This document shows, one piece after another, positions 34,155 through 41,972 of a DNA stretch of 64,000 nt. Source of the DNA: an uncultured Porphyromonadaceae bacterium (lineage in GTDB: Bacteria; Bacteroidota; Bacteroidia; Bacteroidales; UBA12481); assembly GCA_964512915.1 (NCBI GenBank), contig CAZEKJ010000004.1, positions 41,347-105,346 of the forward strand, in the 5' to 3' direction. The notes under the pieces were generated by a model. That model searched no databases, had not been told where the DNA came from, and worked only from the letters and a program-made list of their open reading frames with translations. The position numbers and the translations under genes were made by a program. Each line of letters starts with the position of its first letter. Within the stretch, counting starts at the first letter, position 1.

Positions 34155-35099
34155 GACCTCCTTCCAGGCAAGCCCGGATGCCCCTAAAATCGCGGCATCG
34201 GCCTCTTTGAGGCTCGATGGAATGATTTTCAGGGATTTTCGGTAATAGCCCATGATATTTTCATCCACGAACCGGCTGAGCGGGTCGAGCAGCAGGTCGC
34301 CCGACTGAGCCAGTCCGCCGAAGAGGAAGATCGCTTCCGGGCTGCAGAAGGCAGCCGCATTATTGATCGCGGTAGCGAGCATTTCGGCGGTCTGTTCAAA
34401 GGCGGCCAGTGCTATCTGGTCTCCGTTGTTTGCCGCTTCCGCAATGGCTTTTGAGGTCAATTCATCTGCGGGAATTTTCCGGAGCGGACTTGGATCGCGG
34501 CGTTCGGCGAACAGTTCCAGCACCGTTTTTACAATACCCGTGGCTGAGACATAGGCTTCCAGGCATCCCTGCCGTCCGCAGCCGCATTCCCTTCCGAAAG
34601 GTTCCATTGTGAGGTGTCCCATCTCCCCGGCAAATCCGGTATGGCCGTATACCAGCTCGCCGTTAATGACGATCCCGCTGCCCAGCCCGGTTCCGAGGGT
34701 GAGAATGATGAAATTCTTCATCCCCTTGGCGCCACCGTAGATCATTTCCCCCAAGGCGGCAGCATTGGCATCGTTGGTGAGAACAACCGGCACCGGGTAA
34801 TATTTTCCGAACAGTTTCGCCAGCGGGACAATTCCTTTCCAGTTGAGGTTAGGCGCATGCTCGATGGTCCCCTTGTAATAGTTGCCGTTGGGTGCCCCGA
34901 TGCCGATGGCCTTAAGCTCCACGTCACCGGAATCTCTCAGTAAACTCTGGATTTCCCGGTGCACGGCTTCCACGAAATCTTCGGCTTTCTTATACGTTGC
35001 CGTCAATACCTTTCCCTGTGCCAGTATCCGGGCGTCGCGGTCAACCACCCCGATCTTGGTGTTCGTTCCCCCGATGTCGATTCCGATTGTAACTTCCAT
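34146..35099 (-). CDS. ROK family sugar kinase (second copy)
   Basis: 317 aa. GIDIGGTNTKIG and the ROK zinc motif CGCGRQGCLEAYVS. Paralog of 19460-20434. Confidence 0.8.
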   Translation of the reverse strand: MEVTIGIDIGGTNTKIGVVDRDARILAQGKVLTATYKKAEDFVEAVHREIQSLLRDSGDVELKAIGIGAPNGNYYKGTIEHAPNLNWKGIVPLAKLFGKYYPVPVVLTNDANAAALGEMIYGGAKGMKNFIILTLGTGLGSGIVINGELVYGHTGFAGEMGHLTMEPFGRECGCGRQGCLEAYVSATGIVKTVLELFAERRDPSPLRKIPADELTSKAIAEAANNGDQIALAAFEQTAEMLATAINNAAAFCSPEAIFLFGGLAQSGDLLLDPLSRFVDENIMGYYRKSLKIIPSSLKEADAAILGASGLAWKEVGS

Positions 35100-35128
35100 T
35101 ATTGTAGTGTGTTAGTCTAATCCTGTCT

Positions 35129-35184
35129 GTCATCCTGGCGAAAGCCAGGATCTCCCAGGGGATCCCGACTTTCGTCGGGATGAC
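35129..35184. repeat. Twin tetraloop hairpins (GAAA-loop family)
   Basis: gtc-atcctggc-gaaa-gccaggat (35129-35151) and atcccgac-tttc-gtcgggat-gac (35162-35184). Confidence 0.9.
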
Positions 35185-35189
35185 AACCC

Positions 35190-36623
35190 CTAACCGGCTC
35201 CCAGCACCTCCGGCCTCTCCCTGTGCACCTTCATCACCATTTCCCCGAACAGGGTGTTCGCCCAGGCGAACCATTTCCGCGTAAAGTTAGCAGGATCATC
35301 CTTATGGAAAGATTCGTGCATAAATCCGGTTCCGGCATGTGTGGCCTTCAGGCTTGCCAGGCAGAAGCGGATCTCTTCGTCATCCTGCGAGGTAAGCGCC
35401 CGCATGGTGAGGCCCAGCGGCCAGATCATGTCCATTCCGGTATGCGGACCGCCGATTCCCTGAGCAGCTGTTCCTTTGAAATAATAGGGGTTCGAATCAC
35501 TGAGGACAAACTTCCGGGTGTTCCGGTACATGTCATCACCGAGGCTCAGACCCGTCAGGTATGGAATGGACAGCAAGCTTGGCACATTTGCGTCATCCAT
35601 ATAGAGCCGGTTGCCGAATCCGTCAGCCTCAAACGCAAAAATGCGCCCGAATTTCTCATGCTCGCGAAGCCCGTATGAATAAACCGCTGCCTCAACCTCA
35701 TCAGCAAACGCCCGGCACTCGCTGGCCAGGGAATGGTTATTCTTTACCCCGATTTGTATCTCTGCCAATTGCCTCAGACTGGCAACGGCAAAAAGGTTTG
35801 ACGGGATCAGGAAAGGATAGATCGTGGCATCATCAGATGGCCGGAATATGGAGCAAATCATTCCTACCGGCTTTATCGGGTTTCCCCATCCTCCGCCGGC
35901 AACGGTATCGGTTTGCCAACCGGTTACCCGCTGGAATTTATAGGGCCCTCTGTTATTTTTCCGCTGCTGCTCCCTGAAAGTCTTGATCACGAGGCCCATG
36001 GCCCGGTCCCAGTCGGCATCAAAGACCGAAGTGTCTCCCGTTGCTTTCCAGTAACCGTGAGCCAGCCGGATTGGGTAACAGAGCGAATCCACCTCCCATT
36101 TTCTTTCGTGAAGCTCGGGTTTCATATCGGTCAGGTCATCCTTCCAGGGACTGCCGGTGGGGCCGTCGTTGAATGCGTTTGCATAGGGATCGATAAGGAT
36201 GCACTGAACCTGACGGTTGATAACCCCCGCCAAAAGTTTTTTCAGTTTCGGGTCCTTTGCAGCCAGCGGCAGATAGGGCCATACCTGGGCTGTTGAATCC
36301 CGCAGCCACATGGCATGGATATCCCCGGTAATCACAAAGGTATCAGGCTTGCCATTCTTTTCAGAATACGTTACGGTAGTATCCAGGGTATTCGGGAAAC
36401 AGTTCCCGAAAAGCCAGGACAGCTCAGGATCCCTGATGGCAGACTGGATCTCGCGAATCGTCTCCTCCACCGCTTCCGATGTGAAATTCCGGTCCTTTAA
36501 CGGCGGCCTTTTCGACTCATACCCAAACTCTTCCATCGCCCTCCCCATCACGCCGGTCCCCCCGGCCAACAAGGCACCCCCTGCAAAGCCCGCTGCTTTA
36601 AGAAATTTCCTCCTGTCAGTCAT
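35190..36623 (-). CDS. GH125 exo-alpha-1,6-mannosidase with Tat signal
   Basis: ORF 35190-36755. The first 44 codons are a read-through of heptamer arrays. The ATG at 36623 gives MTDRRKFLKAAGFAGGALLAG. GH125 hallmark FVITGDIHAMWLRDS. Confidence 0.85.
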   Translation of the reverse strand: MTDRRKFLKAAGFAGGALLAGGTGVMGRAMEEFGYESKRPPLKDRNFTSEAVEETIREIQSAIRDPELSWLFGNCFPNTLDTTVTYSEKNGKPDTFVITGDIHAMWLRDSTAQVWPYLPLAAKDPKLKKLLAGVINRQVQCILIDPYANAFNDGPTGSPWKDDLTDMKPELHERKWEVDSLCYPIRLAHGYWKATGDTSVFDADWDRAMGLVIKTFREQQRKNNRGPYKFQRVTGWQTDTVAGGGWGNPIKPVGMICSIFRPSDDATIYPFLIPSNLFAVASLRQLAEIQIGVKNNHSLASECRAFADEVEAAVYSYGLREHEKFGRIFAFEADGFGNRLYMDDANVPSLLSIPYLTGLSLGDDMYRNTRKFVLSDSNPYYFKGTAAQGIGGPHTGMDMIWPLGLTMRALTSQDDEEIRFCLASLKATHAGTGFMHESFHKDDPANFTRKWFAWANTLFGEMVMKVHRERPEVLGAG

Positions 36624-36658
36624 TCGGCATGTATTAATAATTTTGTACCTTTTTATAT

Positions 36659-36705
36659 CGTGAACCGTGAAGCGTGAAGCGTGAAGCGTGAACCGTGAAC
36701 CGAGA
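36659..36705. repeat. CGTGANS heptamer array x6
   Basis: cgtgaac cgtgaag cgtgaag cgtgaag cgtgaac cgtgaac cgaga. Confidence 0.95.
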
Positions 36706-36708
36706 ATC

Positions 36709-36757
36709 AGCAACTGGTAACCGGTAACTGGTAACCGGTAACTGGTAACCGGCACCC
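36709..36757. repeat. RGYAACY heptamer array x7
   Basis: agcaact ggtaacc ggtaact ggtaacc ggtaact ggtaacc ggcaccc, ending at the flippase stop. Confidence 0.95.
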
Positions 36758-38199
36758 TACCCCCTCACCACCATCCTCACCATCCCCATCACATTGATCA
36801 GGTTGAGGACAAAGGCGAGAAGCATTGCTGCTGCCATCAGTCCGAGGAACCCGATCCACCACACTATTTCCAGATGAACGGCTCCGTAACCCATAAGGAT
36901 TACACCCCCGATATAGATGATCAGCTTAATTATCAGTTTATTGTTAAACCCGAATTTGAAAACGCGGGCGGATATCAGGTATTGCGAGAGTCCCGCGAAT
37001 CCCTGCGTTGCCAGGCAGGCAATGGCGGCTCCGAGCGCATGGTAGCGGGGAATTAATAACAAGTTCAATATCAGGTTAATGCCAACTGCAATTGCGGGTG
37101 ACAGGTTAAGTTCCCTGAGGTTTCCGGGTGCGGTGAGCAGGGTGCCGAAAATAATAGTTCCGCACATGCCCAGGAAAGAAACCATCAGGATGCCAAAGAA
37201 GCCGGCCGATTCATGAATATTCTCATCATAGAGAATGCCCATGATCTCGGTCCGGTAAAAATGCGAGCCGATTGCCAGCGCAATCATCGGAATAAAAAGT
37301 ATCAGGGAGGAAAGAAGGGTTAATTCATGCGGATTCTGCCGGTCCTTGATCATTTTGCTGAACATTGGCAGCAACAGCACTGCGAAAAGAAGCGCAAACT
37401 GGTATGCGGCATCGAAAATCCTGAATCCATTCTGATATATTCCTGCCTGCATCTTGCCATCAGCGCCCAACATTTCCTTGAGCAGTACTATATCAATACG
37501 GGTATAGGCAGTCATCAGCAAAACAAGGAGCGCATAAGGTGCTGATTGCTTAATGATTACAAGTATAAACTTCCGGTCATACTTATATTTGGGAAATTTG
37601 GATTTAGCAGCCACAATTAAAAAACAAACAATCGCCGTTATGGCATAGGCTGCAGTCTGCGCGTAGATAAACCATTCAATGGTGACCGGTGTACTGAGAA
37701 CATTGCCCCACAGCAATATGGCACAAAAAACAATCATTAGCGTGCGGTCGAGGACCGAAATCACCGAATTAACCGTGTGCATTTGCATCCCTGCAATGTT
37801 CGACCTGAGATACAGGGCAAAGGAAATCAGAACCTGATTAAAAGCAAGCAGCATCAGGATGCGGATCTCCCGGACCGTATGCTCCAACAACAGTGCAACA
37901 AGCAGAACAACAATACAATATAAAAATGCCAGAATAAACTTAATGACCACCAGGTTAGAAAAATGTTTCTGGAGCAGCTGATGGTTTTGGGATATATTCC
38001 GGTTATTGTAGTTCGTAATTCCGAGATCCAGTAAAATATTGATCAGGAGTGAAATGTTGAATAAGGCCGAATAGAGCCCGAATTCGTCAGCCCCAACCAG
38101 ATTCTGCATATTCCGGTCGATCCCAAAAATCCATAACGGCTTGATCAGAAGATTCAGCAGGATGATCAGAACCAGGTTTGTGACGAATTTCCTTTTCAA
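36757..38199 (-). CDS. Polysaccharide/oligosaccharide flippase (Wzx/MOP superfamily)
   Basis: 480 aa with about 12-14 TM segments and typical flippase composition. Confidence 0.65.
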   Translation of the reverse strand: MKRKFVTNLVLIILLNLLIKPLWIFGIDRNMQNLVGADEFGLYSALFNISLLINILLDLGITNYNNRNISQNHQLLQKHFSNLVVIKFILAFLYCIVVLLVALLLEHTVREIRILMLLAFNQVLISFALYLRSNIAGMQMHTVNSVISVLDRTLMIVFCAILLWGNVLSTPVTIEWFIYAQTAAYAITAIVCFLIVAAKSKFPKYKYDRKFILVIIKQSAPYALLVLLMTAYTRIDIVLLKEMLGADGKMQAGIYQNGFRIFDAAYQFALLFAVLLLPMFSKMIKDRQNPHELTLLSSLILFIPMIALAIGSHFYRTEIMGILYDENIHESAGFFGILMVSFLGMCGTIIFGTLLTAPGNLRELNLSPAIAVGINLILNLLLIPRYHALGAAIACLATQGFAGLSQYLISARVFKFGFNNKLIIKLIIYIGGVILMGYGAVHLEIVWWIGFLGLMAAAMLLAFVLNLINVMGMVRMVVRG

Positions 38200-38325
38200 A
38201 AGTTTTTTGATTTATCCGATTAATCCATTTACCAGGCGAATCGACCGAAATCATTGGCCAAATGTAGTAATTTTAACTATTGGAAATCGCTGACTTTTAC
38301 CAGCTTTAGCCTTAATCCATTTACC

Positions 38326-39873
38326 ATGAAATACTTACCCATCGTCCTCCTCACGCTTTTTTTGGGTGCCGCCTGCGCCAACCAGGAAAAAACCGGGAAC
38401 CGAGTTCCTGAGCGCACGATTCTAACGAAAACCGTCATGCTCGACAAGATCAAAGGGGGCTGGGCCGGACAGGTTATCGGATGCACCTTTGGCGGTCCCA
38501 CAGAGTTTGGCTACAAAGGAACCATGATCCAGGATTACCAGCCGATACCCTGGGATAGCGATCGCATTGCCTGGTATTTCGAAAATGCGCCGGGTTTGTA
38601 TGACGATGTATACATGGACCTCACTTTTGTCGACGTAATGAACAAGGAGGGCATTGATGCGCCGGCATCGAGTCACGCCAAGGCGTTTGCGCATGCGGTC
38701 TATCCGCTCTGGCATGCCAATCAGGCAGCCCGGCATAACATCCTCCACGGCATTATGCCTCCCGAATCGGGCCATTGGCTCAACAATCCCCATTCCGATG
38801 ATATCGATTTTCAAATCGAGGCTGACTTTGCCGGACTAATGTCGCCCGGAATGCCGAACGCCTCCTCCGGGATCTGCGACCGGATAGGCCATATCATGAA
38901 CTATGGTGACGGATGGTATGGTGGCGTGTACCTTGCTGCCATGTACAGTCTGGCCTTTGTGAGCCATGATATCGAATTTATTGTGGAGGAAGGGCTGAAG
39001 ACCATCCCGGCTGAATCCAGCTTCTATCGGTGTATTCAGGATGTCATTGGCGCATACAAGAAGGATCCCTCCGACTGGAAAGCAGCATGGTTTGCAGTTG
39101 AACGAAATTGGGCGGCCGAAGTGGGCTGTCCCGATGGAGTTTTCAGGCCTTTTAATATCGATGCAAAGGTGAATTCGGCCTATGTAGTGATCGGACTTTT
39201 ATACGGCAGAGGGGATTTTGCCAGGACCCTGCAGATAGCTGCGCGATGCGGGCAGGATTCCGACTGTAACCCTGCCAGTGCCGGGGGGATACTGGGTACG
39301 GTGCTGGGCTATGACAAGATTCCGGGATTCTGGCTTGAGGCTCTCATACCAATTGAAAACGAGCCGTTCTCCTTCACAAACCTATCACTGTCTGATGTTT
39401 ATGAATCCAGTTTCAAGCATGCACTTGAGATGGTAACAAAAAATGGCGGAGCCATTGATGGCGAAAATGTGACCATTGCTTCACAGATACCCCAGCCGGT
39501 GAAACTGGAGCAGGGCTTTACCGGTTATTATCCGGTTGAGCGGCGCAGAATCGGGACCGATATTGAGACCACGGCAGAGATCCGGTTTGAGGGAACGGGT
39601 TTTGTGCTCACCGGTGAGGTGGACCGTGATTCATTCCGAAAAAAAATTCCAGGGGTTATAGATGTTGAAATGGTAGTGGATGATTTGGCTCCGGTTGCTT
39701 TTGCCATGCCCCTGAATGATCTGAGGCGGAGGCTGGAGGTGGCCTGGATGTTCGGCCTTACCGACGGACCCCACGTGATCCGGCTGAAAATCCTCAATCC
39801 ATGGGAAGCCGGCCGCATCCGGACCGGCGACCTCATCATTTACCGGTCGCAGCCATTCAATCCGGGGATCTGA
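38326..39873 (+). CDS. ADP-ribosylglycohydrolase family lipoprotein
   Basis: ORF 38254-39873; ATG at 38326 gives MKYLPIVLLTLFLGAAC (lipobox). Family motifs KIKGGWAGQVIGCTFGGPTEF and GQDSDCNPASAGGILG. Confidence 0.75.
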   Translation: MKYLPIVLLTLFLGAACANQEKTGNRVPERTILTKTVMLDKIKGGWAGQVIGCTFGGPTEFGYKGTMIQDYQPIPWDSDRIAWYFENAPGLYDDVYMDLTFVDVMNKEGIDAPASSHAKAFAHAVYPLWHANQAARHNILHGIMPPESGHWLNNPHSDDIDFQIEADFAGLMSPGMPNASSGICDRIGHIMNYGDGWYGGVYLAAMYSLAFVSHDIEFIVEEGLKTIPAESSFYRCIQDVIGAYKKDPSDWKAAWFAVERNWAAEVGCPDGVFRPFNIDAKVNSAYVVIGLLYGRGDFARTLQIAARCGQDSDCNPASAGGILGTVLGYDKIPGFWLEALIPIENEPFSFTNLSLSDVYESSFKHALEMVTKNGGAIDGENVTIASQIPQPVKLEQGFTGYYPVERRRIGTDIETTAEIRFEGTGFVLTGEVDRDSFRKKIPGVIDVEMVVDDLAPVAFAMPLNDLRRRLEVAWMFGLTDGPHVIRLKILNPWEAGRIRTGDLIIYRSQPFNPGI

Positions 39874-39903
39874 TATTTTCCTTACTCTGATTATCTTTGC
39901 CCG

Positions 39904-41079
39904 ATGGTCATTGCTGTCAACTGCCGCTTACTTCAGAAGAACAGGCTCGAGGGCATCGGGTGGTTCACCTATGAAACGCTCAGGCGCATCACACGTGATC
40001 ATCCTGAGCATCAGTTCATCTTCATTTTCGACCGCCCCTATTCATCGGAGTTTATTTTTTCTGATAATATAACCCCGGTGGTGGCCGGATTTCCTACACG
40101 CCACCCCATTTTGTGGCTGCTTTGGTTTGAGGTGGTGATCCCCCGGGTGCTAAGAAAATACAAGGCTGATATTTTCTTTTCCCCGGATGGATTTCTCTCC
40201 CTGCGCACCCGGGTGAAATCGATCCCCGTGATCCATGACATCAGTTTTGTGCACCGGCCCGGTGACCTGCCCTTCTGGCCGCGTGTCTATTACAACTATT
40301 TCTTTCCCCGGTTTGCCCGGAAAGCCTACCGGATCTGCACTGTATCACAGCACAGCCAGAAAGACATGAACCGCACCTGGGATACTGCCCGGGCCATTGT
40401 ACGGGTGGTTCACAACGGCGCCAATGCCGCCTACCAGCCCCTCACCCCTGAAGAGATCCGTGCCACACGGGAAAAATATACCGGGGGTCAGCCTTATTTT
40501 CTGTATGTGGGTTCACTCCACCCCCGGAAAAATGTCGGCAACCTGCTGGATGCCTATGACCGGTTTTCCAGCGAAAACGGGCCGGACGTGAGGATGGTTG
40601 TGGTTGGGGAGAGGATGTGGAAGAAGAACGTGACGCGTGACACGAAAAACGTGATGCGAAACACGGATTCTTTCGGATCACGCATCACGCGTCACGATCC
40701 TCCCGTTTTGTTCACCGGCCGTCTCGAGCCCGATGAACTTCGCCTGGTGATGGGCGCTGCACTGGCCCTGACCTTTGTTCCCTGGTATGAAGGTTTTGGC
40801 ATACCGGTGGTGGAGGCGATGGCAGCAGGTGTGCCGGTACTGACCTCCCATGTGACCTCCCTGCCTGAAGTGGGCGGCGAGGCGGTTCTCTATGCCGATC
40901 CCGCCTCAGTGGAAAGCATTGCGGAGGGCATGACGCGATTAGCCGCTGATGAAAAATTGCGACATGACCTCATCGAAAAAGGGCTCGAACGGTCAAGGAG
41001 CTTCAGCTGGGACAAGACCGCGCGGAAGGTTTGGCTGACGATAGATACGGTGATCAGGGCGATACGAACGTACAAGTAA
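39904..41079 (+). CDS. Glycosyltransferase family 4 (GT-B, group 1)
   Basis: 391 aa with the C-terminal motif EGFGIPVVEAMAAGVPVLTS. Carries an in-frame palindromic repeat element at 40629-40696. Confidence 0.8.
   Translation: MVIAVNCRLLQKNRLEGIGWFTYETLRRITRDHPEHQFIFIFDRPYSSEFIFSDNITPVVAGFPTRHPILWLLWFEVVIPRVLRKYKADIFFSPDGFLSLRTRVKSIPVIHDISFVHRPGDLPFWPRVYYNYFFPRFARKAYRICTVSQHSQKDMNRTWDTARAIVRVVHNGANAAYQPLTPEEIRATREKYTGGQPYFLYVGSLHPRKNVGNLLDAYDRFSSENGPDVRMVVVGERMWKKNVTRDTKNVMRNTDSFGSRITRHDPPVLFTGRLEPDELRLVMGAALALTFVPWYEGFGIPVVEAMAAGVPVLTSHVTSLPEVGGEAVLYADPASVESIAEGMTRLAADEKLRHDLIEKGLERSRSFSWDKTARKVWLTIDTVIRAIRTYK
40629..40696. repeat. Palindromic CGTGAYG-type element inserted in frame inside the GT4 gene
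   Basis: cgtgacgcgtga (40629-40640) pairs with tcacgcgtcacg (40685-40696). cgtgatgcg (40650-40658) pairs with cgcatcacg (40681-40689). Translated as NVTRDTKNVMRNTDSFGSRITRHD. Confidence 0.85.
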
Positions 41080-41260
41080 CAGGTCGCTGCGCTCGCTAAA
41101 AGGCCTCCCTGCGGTCGGCTAATAGGCCCTTCGGGCTAATAGGGGCTTCGCCCTAACAGGCAATTGTGTTCATGCTCTATTAGCCCGAAGGGCCTATTAG
41201 CCGACCGCAGGGAGGCCTCTTAGCGAGGCGCCAGCCGATCCTCTTAGGAGCGCAGCGACC
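41077..41260. repeat. Modular linker-plus-mini-hairpin element, copy 3 (best long hairpin)
   Basis: taacagg-tcgctgcgctc-gctaaaagg-cctccctgcggtcggc-taatagg-cccttcgggc-taatagg-ggcttcgccc-taacagg ... tattag-cccgaagggc-ctattag-ccgaccgcagggagg-cctcttag-cgaggcgccagccgatc-ctcttagg-agcgcagcga. Three module pairs are exactly complementary. The first TAA is the GT4 stop. Confidence 0.9.
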
Positions 41261-41277
41261 CATTTATTTTAATTACC

Positions 41278-41907
41278 ATGCCAAAAGATCGTACCCACCC
41301 CACCCTCCTGCCTTCCCCCAGCCTCGCTACTGCCGGCTGCGATGAGGCGGGCCGCGGCTGCCTGGCCGGGCCGGTGTTCGCCGCCGCGGTGATCCTGCCG
41401 GCTGGGTTTACGCATCCCGATCTCAACGATTCCAAGCAGATGAGCATGAAGAACCGCAACCGGCTGCGTTTGGTGATCGAGGATTCGGCGCTGGCCTGGG
41501 CCGTAGCCCGGGTCGAGGCAGAAGAGATTGATGAGATCAACATTCTCAATGCCAGCATTCTGTCCATGCATCGGGCCCTATCGGAATTAAAAATAAAACC
41601 GGAATTGCTCCTGATCGACGGTCATCGGTTCAAACCCTGGTCCGATGTTCCACACCGTTGTGAAATAAAGGGTGATGGGCGATTCCTTTGCATCGCCGCC
41701 GCCTCCGTACTGGCCAAAACCCACAGGGATGAATACATGCTGGGAATCCATCAGGAGTTTCCTCATTATCACTGGGATCACAACATGGGCTACCCCACAC
41801 GGGAACATCGGGATGCGATACGCCGTGAAGGGATCACTCCGCATCACCGGAAGAGTTTCAGGCTGCTCGACGGGCAGATGGAGATCCCGTTTATGATTGA
41901 CGATTGA
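41278..41907 (+). CDS. rnhB: Ribonuclease HII
   Basis: 209 aa with canonical [25 protein letters not shown] and ASVLAK blocks. The last codons and the stop lie in a GATTGAC array. Confidence 0.9.
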   Translation: MPKDRTHPTLLPSPSLATAGCDEAGRGCLAGPVFAAAVILPAGFTHPDLNDSKQMSMKNRNRLRLVIEDSALAWAVARVEAEEIDEINILNASILSMHRALSELKIKPELLLIDGHRFKPWSDVPHRCEIKGDGRFLCIAAASVLAKTHRDEYMLGIHQEFPHYHWDHNMGYPTREHRDAIRREGITPHHRKSFRLLDGQMEIPFMIDD

Positions 41908-41930
41908 CGATTGACAATTGACGATTTGAT
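41895..41930. repeat. GATTGAC heptamer array x5
   Basis: gattgac gattgac gattgac aattgac gatttga. Encodes the last residues (IDD) and the stop of RNase HII. Confidence 0.9.
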
Positions 41931-41972
41931 GCCATATATTGCTACTTTTCTCCCTCTAAAACATTCTACCCA

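Noticed and set aside
36624-36755. N-terminal extensions of ORFs through repeat arrays (MPVTSYRLPVTGYQLL... at GH125, MLVASCRLPVAG... at 56416-56505) and small ORFs made only of repeats (5687-5938, 62313-62501, 62341-62580, 44923-45150)
   Set aside because: The peptides are direct translations of heptamer arrays or hairpin repeats. Proper signal peptides or Tat motifs start at downstream ATGs (36623, 56506), so the extensions and small ORFs are annotation artefacts.
36659-36757. CRISPR array: regularly spaced short repeats here and at 53680-53738 and 54884-54969
   Set aside because: The units are 7-8 nt and directly tandem with no unique spacers. No repeat of 24-48 nt alternates with spacers of similar size, and no cas genes are present in the window.
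38220-38326. 15-nt direct repeat ttaatccatttacca (38220-38234 and 38312-38326) in the flippase / ADP-ribosylglycohydrolase divergent spacer as a regulatory site
   Set aside because: There are only two copies, no dyad symmetry and no similarity to the other repeat families. It is possibly a duplicated promoter-proximal segment, but the support is too thin to report as a feature.
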